DNA from: Eledone cirrhosa
Lineage: Eukaryota
Direction: 5' to 3'
Assembly: GCA_964016885.1 (NCBI GenBank)
Contig: OZ024742.1
Coordinates: forward strand, 244,528,001-244,592,000
Length of the DNA: 64,000 nucleotides
Shown here: one piece after another, positions 51,808 through 64,000 of the stretch
Numbering within the stretch: position 1 is the stretch's first letter
How the letters are laid out: each line of letters begins with the position of its first letter
Position numbers and translations under genes: made by a program
The notes under the pieces: generated by a model
The model's input: only the letters and a program-made list of their open reading frames with translations
Database searches by the model: none
What the model was told of the DNA's origin: nothing

Positions 51808-52695
51808 TACTCTCACTCTCACTCCACTCAGTTCCCTACTCCCACTCTCACTCCACTCCTCTCAGTTCCCTACTCTCACTCTCACTCCACTCAGTTCCCT
51901 ACTCCAACTCCTCCCAGTTCCCTACTCCCACTCGCACTCTCACTCCACTCCACTCAGTTCCCTACTCCCACTCTCACTCCACTCCTCCCAGTTCCCTACT
52001 CCCACTCCCACTCCTCCCTGTTCCCTACTCCCACTCTCACTCCTCACAGTTCCCTACACCCACTCTCACTCCACTCCTCCCAGTTCCCTACACCCACTCT
52101 CACTCCACTCCTCCCAGTTCCCTACTCCCACTCTCACTCCTCCCAGTTCCCTATTCCCACTCTCACTCCACAGTTTCCTACTCTCAAATCACCCTCACCT
52201 TCCCCACCTCTCAGTTCCCACCACTCTCACCTCACCCCACCCCCAGTTCCCTACACTCACCACCACCTCCCACCCCACACCTCTCAGTTCCCTACTCTCG
52301 CCTCCCATGCCACACCCCTGTCCCCTAAACTCACCCCCCCACCACCACCACCACATCTCTTAGTTCCCTACTCTCCACCCCCACCACCCACCTCTCAGTT
52401 CCCTACTCTCACACCACCCCCTCAATTCCCTACTCTCACCACCCCCATCTCACAGTTCCCTACTCTCACCACCACCACCATACTACCCACCTCTCAGTTC
52501 CCTACTCTCACCACTCCCCCACTCTCAGCTCTCTACTCTCACCCCCACCCCCTTACCCACACCTCACAGTCCCATAAACTCACCCCCACACCACCCAGTT
52601 CCCTACTCTTACCCCCCACCACACTTCTCACCCCCACTCTCACACCTCTGAGTCCCCCTACCCCACCCCACCACACCTCTCAGTTCCCTACTCTC
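51808..52695. repeat. C-rich minisatellite with anchor CAGTTCCCTACTC, ~27-39 bp units
   Basis: More than 20 recurrences of (C)AGTTCCCTAC separated by variable CACTC/CACC runs. Confidence 0.9.
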
Positions 52696-53660
52696 TTAAC
52701 TATGACAGTGTTCATATGTTAAGGTTCTTCTTTAATTAGATGGAAGTGAGAAATTGTCTGATGGATCAATGAGTTTGATCCTAGATTTAAGGATATTGCT
52801 TACCTTCAGGCAGTTGGTTTCAATCTACAATCACTGGTGCTTATAACAATCCTTTGTTTCTTTTGAGTCACTGTTTGAATGGCCAAAAAACGTGTGAAAT
52901 GAATCTCAATACACAAAACCCAGTCTCTGTTTTTTTTTATAGATGTTATTACAGAGGCATTCAAATGGCCAAATGAGAAATTAAAAATATAGTGCTAACA
53001 TCATCATCATCATCACCACAACCATTCTTGTCATTATCTGATCTACATCCTTTCCCTTTTCCTCTTCCACATCATCATCAAATTAATGTTTTCTTGATTA
53101 AGCTTTACATTTTTTTAAAGGCATTTTTTCCCCATTTCTCAACAAAAAATCCTGAGATAATAAGTGTATGTGCCTCTATCTTTGTTTGATTGTGTGGTTG
53201 TTTACACAGTATTTTTTTTCATTCTAGAGAAGATACTGGCATGGATATTTGCATGTATGTTTGAAGCAACTAATTTACTGCAATATCTTAAGGAAACACA
53301 CTGTAGGGTAGAGAAGATTCCATTTGCCTTTTGCTTTTTAATAAAACCCTATCCATTTTCAGATGTAGCAGTTCAAATCTTTTTTTCTTATGGCTTTAGT
53401 CAGGAGATAGGAACTGACCCCATGACCTTTGCAGGCCCTCTGAGATGGGTGAGACTGATGCAGTTAATGTTCAATTGCAAATTGACAAATGTGGTAAAAA
53501 CCTGGTTGAGGATATTCAAGGGGAGTTGAAATTTTGAGGAGAAAGGAATGATGGAAAAAGGATTAGTACAAGGCCTGGCAAGTAAAGAAAAAGAAATAAG
53601 TGGATTCAGTGAGCTTGGTTGGAAGTGGTACACTGATAGCTAGCTTTGAAGGGAAGAAGC

Positions 53661-53834
53661 CAGTGCTGGATTTACCATTGTGCTTAGGTGTGCTTAAGCA
53701 CCGGACCCCGTTGCCCAGGCATGGGATGGGCAGCATCTTCCTGCCAAAGAAATTTTTTACCTTCTTCAGGACCCAAGGAAGGGACCTCATAACTTAACTA
53801 GCACAGCGCCTCATTTGTCCTAAATCTGGCACTG
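53661..53834. mobile_element. hAT-type MITE
   Basis: TIR CAGTGCTGGATTTA / TAAATCTGGCACTG; 8-bp TSD GAAGAAGC. Confidence 0.88.
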
Positions 53835-54280
53835 GAAGAAGCCATCATAGTAGTGATAAGTTGTGGGGAGACAATAAATCTGTGGCCAAGATAATGAAAT
53901 GTAGAGGTAGGTCAGCCCTTCACAGTAAACTAAATGACTAATTTCGATGTGGTCTACAATGGTTTGCATGTAGCAGCAAGGTTGGTCTAGATGTAGGAAT
54001 ATGTTTCCATTGTGGTCTTTACTTCAGCTTCATAAAGAGGCACCAGAGATATTTTCTGGGTCTAAAATAAGGAGGCCAGTCTTGGAGGTCAAGTGTTTGC
54101 TATGTAGTAAATGTGAGATCAGCCAGAGAGATCAGTGATCATGAAGCTTAATATTTATAGTAACTGAAGAAGAGGATACATTAAAGTGTTTTCCCATGTT
54201 ATTTTATTTATATTTTTATGTTTTGACATGAAATTTATTCAGGAATTTTTTAAGGTTCTACACAGCTCATACATTTTAAT

Positions 54281-54317
<37 letters not shown>

Positions 54318-54323
<6 letters not shown>

Positions 54324-54474
54324 GAAAGTGAACAACACAATATATAACTACTCCATTACCAAACGTTTCAGGACCCTAGACAATATTAACATACGTCTAG
54401 TTCGCTCATCAGAAGGGTCCTGAAACCTTTGGTAATGGAGTAGTTATATATTGTGTTTGTTCACTTTCTAATTA
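54318..54474. other. 60-bp fold-back with a hammerhead-like core on the minus strand
   Basis: Arms 54318-54377 and 54414-54474 (1 mismatch, 1 indel). Minus strand reads CTGATGA-G...CTAGAC...GTCTAG...T-GAAA-CG-TT. Confidence 0.85.
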
Positions 54475-54562
54475 AATAGCTCTCTATTATACATAGAGCA
54501 CTCTTTTTTCCTTTGCTTTCTCTTTGGAAATACTTAACACACACATATATATATATAGATAT

Positions 54563-55187
54563 ATCATCATCATCATCATCATCAACGTTTAACGTCCGTG
54601 TTCCACGCTTGCATGGGTTTGGACGGGGGTAGTCCCACTTGAGGCAAGAGTGATTGTCTTGCTCGCATAGGACTGTCTGGCAGGTTTTCTACAGTTGGAT
54701 GCCCTTCCTAACACCAACCACATTTACAGTGTGGGGCTGGGAGGTTTTTACCGTGTTGCCTACACGGCCACATTACAGCGTGGACTGTGTGTTTTTTTGT
54801 CGTGACACCTACACGATCCCATTTGTTTCGGCCTGGATGGCGCGGCACCAACATAACTTTACATAGAACGGGGTGGTGTGGATGGGGGGGGGGTGTATTT
54901 TGTTAGAGATGCCTACTGGCTGGAGTAGGTTTTACTATATATTTAGGTAAGGCGGGTCTTCTCTGTTACTGAGTACCGCCAAAGGTCTCGGTCCAGTGAC
55001 ATTGTCTTGGAGAGGTGTAAGTGTGTGATGTCGGAGTTTATCAGCTCGTCCCAGGTTTTTCTAGGTCTGCCTATTCCGTGACTACCGTCTATCTTTATTG
55101 CCCTGCACTTTGTTATACAGCTATCGACTTTCATGCGCATCACGTGTCCATACCAACGTAGCCTTCTCTCGAGTAAACAACATCTGA
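54563..55187 (-). mobile_element. RTE subfamily C 3' fragment
   Basis: ORF 54943-55143; TA tracts at both ends. Confidence 0.9.
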
Positions 55188-55477
55188 TATATATATATAA
55201 TTAGTTACAACAGTGACATATACAAATACTTAAGTTTTGATAAAAAGAAAATGGCTACTCCCATGGTTGATTGGAAGTTTTTAGAAAAAATGCAAGAACT
55301 CTTCAAGGGCAGGTAATTTCAACATAGCTCCATAAAATTTCATGAAATTAATAACACACACTCCTTTTCAATTGATTTTTTTTTCTAAAAAATGTTTCTA
55401 TCTTTCTAGTTGCCCTCTCCTGTCAAAGGGCTAAACTCCCCTTTTTCTCTCTTTCATTTAAGCATGAATCTAATAAC

Positions 55478-55586
55478 TGTTTCTACTTTAGGCACAAGGC
55501 CAGCAATCACCCAGTGCATTACTGGTACTTTATTTTATCGACCCGTAAGGATGAAAGGCTAAGTCAACCTCGGCGGGATTTGAACC
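55478..55586 (-). mobile_element. SINE family 1 3' part
   Basis: Reverse complement of 5790-5900. Confidence 0.8.
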
Positions 55587-55940
55587 TAATAATGAACCTA
55601 ATAACATTAATTGGTTTTATATCTTTGTGTTTGTGATTTTTTAAATATATATCACCACCGCCGCCACCACCATCATCATCAACATTTTTACATCCAGTTT
55701 TCCACGTTTACATGGGTTGGACTATTTGTCGTACTGTTCATGTTTTTGGCAGGGTTTTTTCTGGCTAGATCCCTTCCTATAATCAACCACTTTACAGTGT
55801 GGACTGGGTGCATTATTTGTGACACCAGCACTAGAGAGGATGTCTTCCTGGATTCAAGAGTCCTATCCACTCAGTGTCAGTTTTTATTTGGAGCGTCTAC
55901 TCTTCTAGATAGGTTGCCTCTTCACTATGGCTAACAGAGC

Positions 55941-55998
<58 letters not shown>

Positions 55999-56210
55999 CA
56001 TCATGATCATCGATTAATGTCTATCTTCTACGCTAGCATGAGTTAGGTGGGTCCCATTTAGAGGCAAGTTGGGTCGGGTGACTGTGTCTCACTCATATAG
56101 AGTTGTTTCTGGTTGGGTTTCTATGATTGGATGCCCTTCCTAACGCCAACCACATTGCCAGTGTGTGCTGGGTGCTTTTTGCCGTGTCTTTTACATGTCC
56201 ACTTTACAGT

Positions 56211-56275
<65 letters not shown>

Positions 56276-56315
56276 GACAAATGAGAGAAAAGAGTACTCA
56301 ATACCAAATTAGAAT

Positions 56316-56457
56316 TTAAATATTCATTTATTATGGCTAAGTAGTGAGTCTTGTTATTCTGGAACTTCACCTGTGCACTCACAGAATCATCAGAGTGTGC
56401 AGGTAAAACTCCAGAGTAACAAGTTTTGCTACTTAGCCATAATAAATTAATATTTAA
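56316..56457. other. Imperfect 65-bp fold-back with a degenerate hammerhead on the minus strand
   Basis: Arms 56316-56380 and 56393-56457. Minus strand reads CTGATGA-T-TCTGTG-AGTG-CACAGG-T-GAAG. Confidence 0.75.
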
Positions 56458-56788
56458 GGTGGTCGTGCCCAGTTCACATTGTAAGGTGGCAATTTGGTGC
56501 CTTGACACGAAGCAACCAGTCCCCACTATAAGGTGGTTGTCTTGGTGACACAACAAAAAGCACCTAATTTACTCTGTAAGGTAGTTGTTTTGGTGCCACG
56601 ATAAAAAGCACCAAGTCCACACTGTAATGAAGTTATGTTAAAAAGGGCATCCAATCATAGAAACCAAGCCAAAATACAGATCCATATGAGCATGATCTGG
56701 TCTCCAGACCTACATGGCTTGTCTCATAACATGACAACATGTCTAACCTATGCAAGCGTGAAAAATGGATGTTAAACAATGATGATGA
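56458..56788 (+). mobile_element. Old RTE 3' UTR fragment
   Basis: AAAAAGCACC repeats, AAGGGCATCC, GAT tail. Confidence 0.7.
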
Positions 56789-57273
56789 AATATATGTTGA
56801 ACAACGAAAACAAAAGTCAAAGTTATGTGCTTAATTAATTCATTGTTTTACAATTGTTTCAGAAGGTTTATTGATCATGATAAATCAGTATAGTGACAAA
56901 ATTATAGTAGTTATGTAACACCATATTATTAGTCTCAATATTATAGATCAATCTCACCATCTTTGTCAAAAGTGATAGCCTTCACTAAATCACACAGATC
57001 CATGAGGGCTGTAATATTAAGTAGATTTGCCTCTCATATCTTTGATGTTTATTACAAGATTTGCTTCTCATCTACTAAGAGTTTATTACAAGTCATTTTT
57101 CCCATGGGAGGAATTGAACTCAGTACAACAAACCACTCAATCACCTGTCAATTCTGCAATGACGTCGCTACTATTATGTCAACACTAGAACAGTTATGGA
57201 ATATACTTCCTTTGGTTTTAACAATTAGTGTTTTAGTTGTTTGATCAACAGAACAAGCTGTTCATGAAATTAA

Positions 57274-57659
57274 CCCTTTAGCATTTAAACCAGCCATATC
57301 ATCATCATCAATATCATCATCATTTTCCCTGCTTCCAATGGTGGGACAGGTCCTATTCAGCACAACATCTCTCCATTCGTTACAGTCCTTCGTCGTCTCC
57401 TCCATGAGCTTCAGCAATCTGAGGTCAGCTCTCACCAACTCCGCCCATGATTTTCATGGTCTTCCTCTACTGCATCTTCCTTCCACTGGGATTTCTTGGT
57501 ACTTCTTAAACCAGCTGTAATTGGCTGCTCATACTTATGTTAAATTATTGTTCTCAAAATAAATAATCTCAAAATCTCGTAGATTCGATATTATGTGAGA
57601 TAATTATGGGAGATAAAGCCTTTACTGTGAAAATGTAGGGTAATGTAAATGCTAAAGGG
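57274..57659. mobile_element. TTAA-flanked MITE with nested RTE 3' fragment (57298-57508, minus)
   Basis: TTAA|CCCTTTAGCATTTA...TAAATGCTAAAGGG|TTAA. Confidence 0.82.
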
Positions 57660-58639
57660 TTAAAGTGTACGAAGATGAGCATTCCTCAGACACATGTAAC
57701 CTTAATATAATTCTCAGGGACATTCAGTATGAGTCACTATGTGACAAAGCAGTCTATTTGAATTACAGGTACATTCTATCTGACAGGTTTCTAACAGTTT
57801 CTGTTTACCCAATTTCACTCACAAGTCATGGGTCAATCTGAGGCTATGGTAAATGACACTTGCCCAAGATTCCATATTGTAGAATTGAACCCAGGACCAA
57901 ATGATTACAAAGCGAATTTCTTAACCATTTAGCTAAGCTGTGTCCACTTTGAACTGCTATGAATAGCTGCGAAATCTCCTTCAAATCTCACTCTACCGTC
58001 TTAAAAATATGAGGAACACATTGGATAATGTAGCCTTGTGTATATTATGCCTGAAAACAAAACAGGATGGTGGAGGCTGAAATATATTTAATCATAGATC
58101 TGCTTCATCAGGGCTGATTAGAGGGAGGATGAATAACAAGAACTATAATTTAGAACTCAGTGGACACAGCAGTTAAGAACTAAGAGCCTTGGTAAAAATT
58201 ACACATTATAACTGTTGATCCCTTAGCCATTTGTATTCTTTAAATGGTCAAATACAAGGTAAAAAAGAAAAAACAAAACTTTTTTGCATACATTTTTCAT
58301 TGTTAAAAAAATAGAACTTGTGGAAGGCAACTTGTAATGTTTGGGGAGGAAAACGGAATATAGATTGTGAGAACAAAAGCCTTTGATATAACATATCATT
58401 CTGGGAAGAGTTGCAGTGCAGCTAGTACATTCTGTAGAATAGAATCTCTGGAATAACAATAGTGAGAAATGTAGAGAAATGGCAATAGATCAAAAACTGA
58501 ATGGTTTCTGTAAGGTTGAGTATTTTACCAATACATGACTTTCTTCTGAATAAAGAATAGAAAGCTAGAGAACATATTATGTGTGCGATACTTTGTAGCA
58601 ATATATATTTGGTTATTCTGCAGAATGACCATGATTTGC

Positions 58640-58815
58640 CAGAATTGGCAGAGCGTCGGACATGCTTAGCAACGTAGAGTTATGACCCTTTATGTCCTGA
58701 GTTTAAATCCTGCTGAAGTGAGCTTTGTCATTCACCCTGGGTTGATAATATAAAGTACCAGTAATGTACTGGGGTTGATTTAATTGACTTTGGTCTTGTG
58801 CCTAAATCAGAAACT
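58640..58815 (+). mobile_element. SINE family 1 copy, diverged
   Basis: Colinear with 5714-5900. Confidence 0.65.
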
Positions 58816-59044
58816 GTTATATTTATTACTTTATTAACTTCGAAATTAATAATAACCTGTTCAGATTTTGTATCATCAATATTTCATATCATCAAACTTT
58901 TCTTGTGTATGTTACTAGTGCTAAATTTTAACTTAGCGAAGTCATAAGCTATAAAAACCGGAGGCCCCTTGTTAAAAAATTACACCAGAAGGTCTTACAA
59001 AATTGAAAACATATATGCTTTTTAATTATATTGAGGTTCTAAGC

Positions 59045-59354
59045 CAGGGCGTGCCACATGCGGACTGTGGGCCACAATCCGGCCTGCCAGACCAGTCAGA
59101 GTGGCCTGCGATGACCATTTTTAATTTTTACCTTGTAGGCTTATTTAGAATTTTTTTGTAACCGTAATACAATTTTCTGTTAGTTGACCTATACTAAAGG
59201 GCTTCACTGATAGGGTTATGTGTGTTATAATTTCCCAGTTATGGAAAGAAGTTGTGGTGAATCTTTGGAATAGTGCTTAATAAATATTAATGGCCCTAAT
59301 AGTTGTTCCAATGTTCAAAGGTGGCCCGCCAATGGAATATGTTGCACACCCCTG
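59045..59354. mobile_element. hAT (Charlie-like) MITE
   Basis: CAGGG...CCCTG termini, GGCCC subterminal motifs, 8-bp TSD TTCTAAGC at 59037-59044 and 59355-59362. Confidence 0.88.
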
Positions 59355-61167
59355 TTCTAAGCTATTACTTATATAGCTTATGCCTAAACCCAGCACAAAA
59401 TATAAAACTTGTTAAACTATTTAAACCAAGTCTGTGACTCTGGCCATGCCTTATAGAAAGTGGTTTTAACTTGTATACTGGTCCTGGGCCTGGAGAGCTA
59501 AAAGAAAAGGGGATGGGATCTGTGATTATGTGATACCTCTATAAAAAAATCTTTCATTCTGACTGAATTTGGAGCCGAGCTTCCCTCCCCATCTCCAAGG
59601 AAACTGAAAGCAGTTTTGTTCTATTTTGCAAAATTTCTCTTGGAGACCTTAACCCAGGCCTTAGGTCAAGTTTTAACCAATTCAAAATTATTGTTATTTT
59701 GTTTAGTGAGACACTTCACATAGAATATCTGTAAATTTTAGATGTAAATGTATGCTTCTTGCAGAGAATTCTAAAGAAGTATTCACAAACATTCCAATCT
59801 ATTATTAAATTGTGTCTGTTTATGTTTGGTTTTTATGGCTAATTGTTCTCTTTCTTTCTAACATGACTTTTGTTGAATGTCTTCATAGTAAATTCTCAAC
59901 AAATCTATACTTTGTCTGTCATAATTTATTACTATTACACCTCTCAAAAGGAGACCTCTTTTATTTATATTTAACTGTTTCCCTACATTCTTCAAATGGC
60001 TAAAAATAAAACCTAAAAGCTACAGACTAATCCCATCTTTTGTAACAGCATAAAAAATGCATGAAATTTACTACAATGACAATGGTATATTAATATTCGA
60101 GTTATGAGTACATTAAAGCTATATAAACCATTAAACTGTGTTATGAACCATTCAAAAAAATAAATGCATATCAATCTAAGTCTGTGTATAGTTGTAAATG
60201 TATGTGCCTTTATATTTGATATTTGCTTTCAAAAGAGTTTAAGTATATTTTCTATATTTGTATTGTCCCTCCTTCATAGATACAAAAAGTCAACCAGACC
60301 AATGAGCACAAACAGTTGAATCATACAATAATAAATATATTTAGTTCATGGCCGTTAAAGGACAGACTCGATAATATAACATCACTGTGTAAACATTAAA
60401 CGTAACTGTTTACTCCACCCCACTCACTGCTGTTACAAACCGTTCAAAGTAAAAACAATACAAAAGATTTTTTTTCTGACGGAATTGTTCATAAGAAGTG
60501 AGGGGTGAAAAACGTCTTCTTTGATTGATATCATGATTCCTCTATTCGCCTCTTCTTTCTTTCTTTCTTAAGAATAGAAGAAAGAAACACGAAAAGGAAA
60601 CAGAAACTGCTGTGACACTTAATGTCAAGTGAGATTGCATTGTTTGAAAAAGAAGCCTCAAATAATTAAATATATTCACATTCATTTATGAAAAGAGTTA
60701 TATTATCTACCATAGCATGTGGCTTGTTGAGTTGTAAATGCTGTTTATATTGTCGTTATATGCTTCAATGATGACAACTGTAAATAGTGGAAACGTTTTT
60801 TTTTTTTGTTGTTGGAAAAACATGAGTAACAGCTGCAGTATGTTCAGCTAGGCTCAAACCAACAGTTTACATCTACTTTATATAAAGCATTGTACTATGG
60901 CAGGAGAGTTGCTATTTATCCCCTTCATTAAACAACATTATAAGAAGGTACAAAACATCTATTTGTATCAGATATCTACTGGATGAATGTGCTAAAGGAT
61001 GTCTGACCTTTCTAGCAGGTGAAACTGGGTTTAATCCTACTGGATGTTAAATTGTTAAATGTTCAACATAGTGAAAACTTGATTGACATATCCCATCGAT
61101 TCCAGTAGATAATTTTTTTTCTCCATTTTTTTTTTCATAAGCTATCAATTAAACTTACCCCCGAATA

Positions 61168-61516
61168 TACTGTAAAGGACATTTTTCTCAGGGAAACTCT
61201 GGAGAAGGGAAACTCTCGGAGTTTTCACTCCAAGAGTTTCAACTCCAAAGGAGGGGGAGTGAAAACTCCCCCTCCTTTGGAGTTTTCTTTACCAGTTTTT
61301 TCCATCGTTTTTTTTTTTTCGTGTGCTACCAACTAATTTTATCTCTAAATATGCTGGAAAAGACTTTTCCTTCGGAAAACGGAGTTAGGTTAGGAGAGAC
61401 CCTCGGACTTTTCATCCCTTTCTTCTAGGGTTAAGGTTAGGTAGTAAAGAAAACTCCTGGGTGGCATCAGGTTGTAGGGTCTCCTGTTTTCCGGGGGAAA
61501 AAGTTCTTTGCAACAT
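61168..61516. mobile_element. Putative MITE with internal palindromes and GGTTA(G) repeats
   Basis: Imperfect TIR TGTAAAGGACATTTTT / AAAAAGTTCTTTGCA; repeated AAACTC/GAGTTT motifs. Confidence 0.5.
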
Positions 61517-61557
61517 GTTGAGAGGTAAGATTAATTGATAACACATGAGGAAAAAAA

Positions 61558-62157
61558 ATGCAGGTGGAGAAGTTCAAGTATCTTGGGGCCTTCCATGGAA
61601 GACAGGAGGCCGAATTAAGAGCAAGAATTGCAGTAATGCACCAGCTTCAGCAGTCAGTAATCAAAAGAATGAAGGTAGGTGAAAAAGCCAAACTCGCTAT
61701 CTTCAATTCAGTATTTGTGCCAACGCTTATCTATGGTCATGAAACTTGGGTAATGACCAAAAGAATACAATCGCGAATACAAGCTGCCGAAATGGGGTTC
61801 CTCCAAAGGGTCTTAGGAGTAACGTTACTCAATAGAGTGCATAGCTCAGAGATCAGAGAGCCACTCCAGGTAGAGCCACTACTTCTCCAAATTGAGAGAT
61901 TACAGCTCCAATACTATGGGCATGTTGTTAGAATGTCCTAGGAAAGAATCGCTGGACAGATTTTATTAGCAAATCCAACCAGCAGGGGGCCCAAGGGTAG
62001 ACTCCGAGCAAGATGGTTGGATAACATCCAAGTGGTTGGCTGAGGATCCAGCCGGATCAGTTGGAGATGGTCGCTTCTGACAGGACCCGCTGGAGGGAGT
62101 GTTTAAGGACTCTGCCCCTATGACCCTCTCAGGAATAAGTGGACAAAGAAGAAGAAT
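61558..62157 (+). mobile_element. 5'-truncated Rex3/Expander-like RTE copy with (GAA)n tail
   Basis: QVEKFKYLG...PTLIYGHE.W...YYGHVVRM; matches 34330-34845. Confidence 0.88.
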
Positions 62158-62161
62158 TATT

Positions 62162-62312
62162 AAGGGCGGTGGAGTGGCAGTATCAGTAGAGCATCAGACA
62201 CCATGCTTTATGTTCTGAGTTCAAATCCCGCCGAGGTTAACTTTGCCTTTCATCCTTACGGTGTCAATAAAGTAAAGCACCAGTAATGCTCTGGGGTTGA
62301 TTTAATCGACTT
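62162..62312 (+). mobile_element. SINE family 1 copy
   Basis: AAGGGCGGTGGA.TGGCAGTATC start, B box, central domain. Confidence 0.8.
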
Positions 62313-63706
62313 TCTTAAACAGGTATTTTTCTATAATTCGTTTGCATTCCTTTATCTTCTCTGTGAGCTTCAGTGTTTTGAGATAGGTTCTCACGACTTT
62401 GATTCAGGTCTTCCTTCGTTTTCCTCCACTGCAGTTTCCTTCCACTATGATTTCTTATATGCAAGAAGAAATATATATGAATGATGAAGCATGGATGAGC
62501 TGGAAGTAAAATGGGCTTAAGGAGAATCAGATATAGTGAAAGTTAATTGAAAAACATAAGCAAATGAATTTTATTACAAAGATAATGATGATGATGATGG
62601 TGGTGGTGGTGGTGGAGGTGGTGGTAACAAAGGGTTAATAACAGTCTATTCAATAATTCCAAGTGAAATGATAAACATGGGACCTCCACCACTTTCTGTT
62701 TGGTTTTGGTCATGTCAGTGGGGTAGCTGTACTCACCATGCTTGGTCAATTATGGGTTGGAGAGACTATTTAACCCAGAGTTGGGGTTCCACTTATCCTC
62801 CTCACCATACGAAGATCTGATGGGGGAACTGGTTCAGCTGCCAACCACTTGACCACGAAACAGGGTTACATGGTACCAGTAGCAAGCAGAAGCCTGACCT
62901 GACCACATTCTTCTTCAGACCAATGAATAAATAAGAGTAACATTGAAGTACTCATTTACTTTCATAAATATATTTCCAAATGTTCAAAAACGCGAGGAAG
63001 ATTATTAAACTCTTGAAACTACTCTGTATATATTAACTATATACAGGTGCTAGTAGTATGAGATATGACAAAGCCATGCAATTTAATTACATAGATCTTA
63101 TCTGACAGATACTCCTGGTTTATGCAATGTGTGTATGTGTTTATGTTCTTCTTTAAACAGAGTGTTTTGTGCAGATATACAGTTACTTCGAAAACCAATA
63201 AAAAGGGAGACTTGCCAAATGACTCACAATTTTTATTGACTTTAATATTACCTTAATATCTTTCTACTATTTATATGGTTTCGACTATAAGAAATGTCTG
63301 TGTTCATGACTGTACAGGCCTTCAATAAGGTTTATGGTTTAGTTTGAACCTCTATAAGTCTATCACTAGGCTCTGGTGCTTGAGAGTGACTTCAGAACAT
63401 TCTCGGTGGGCACACTTTTGCAAAAAGCATATTACAGGACATTTTTTATAAATTCTATTTTCTAAATCTGAGGGTGCACCATTGAAAATTAGGAGGGCAA
63501 TGCTATCCTGCACTACATCCATTGGTGACAGGCCCAAGTCAAGCCTGCAGTGATATGACATTAGTTGGTCAACTCAATCTTAGTAGATAATTGGTATTTG
63601 TTTGATTTGACTTCAGAGAGAGGAAGAAAATATGACCCTGCAAAAATAGAATTCAAACCATGAAGAAACCTGACAAAATTTGATAAATATCAATTTGTAT
63701 ATTGAT

Positions 63707-64000
63707 CGCACATGGCTTAGTGGTTAGAGCATTGGGCTTGCAATCGAAAGGTTGTGAGTTCAATTCTCGGACCGGGTGATGTGTTGTTTCCTTGAGCAAG
63801 ACACTTTATTTCACATTGCTCCATTTTACTCAGCTGTAGAAATGAGATGATAGGACTGGGGTCCATATCATTCCACTGCAAAGTGGTCGTGGAGGTGCCA
63901 CGGTAAAAGAGCACCCAGCCCACACTGTAAATGAGGTTGGTGTTAGGAAGGGCATCCAGCTGTAGAAATAAAGCCAAAATCAGTTCCCGTATGATCAAGA
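63707..64000 (+). mobile_element. SINE family 2 copy (runs off the window end)
   Basis: Near-identical to 38319-38590, with one extra RTE 3' UTR variant segment. Confidence 0.88.

Noticed and set aside
58916-59397. Outer hAT MITE hosting the 59045 MITE
   Set aside because: Termini only weakly resemble the 53661 element and no TSD could be identified.
63255-63330. Minus-strand hammerhead-like GTCGAAAC...TA
   Set aside because: Core too degenerate (TTGAAGG) and stem I not supported.

Overview
AT-rich, microsatellite-dense animal genomic DNA made almost entirely of repeats. The repeat types suggest an octopod cephalopod, which is an inference. No intact host gene is recognisable. Main contents: a near full-length but frameshifted L1/Tx1 LINE (1-5.7 kb); an ~8.7 kb array of a 48-bp satellite; many 5'-truncated RTE-clade LINE copies whose RT carries an inserted PHD-type zinc finger and which mostly sit in (TA)n tracts; a Rex3/Expander-like RTE; R4/Dong-like RLE LINE remnants; two tRNA-derived SINE families; and hAT-type and TTAA-flanked MITEs with target-site duplications (TSDs). 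The most notable signal not explained by these is a set of minimal type-I hammerhead ribozyme motifs (six complete or near-complete, four partial) in short unique islands, most next to (TA)n tracts. Five of them lie in fold-back inverted duplications and three share a U.U pair at core position 10.1-11.1. This pattern is consistent with Penelope-like/retrozyme-type non-autonomous elements. All coordinates and pairings were read by eye, so element boundaries are approximate.
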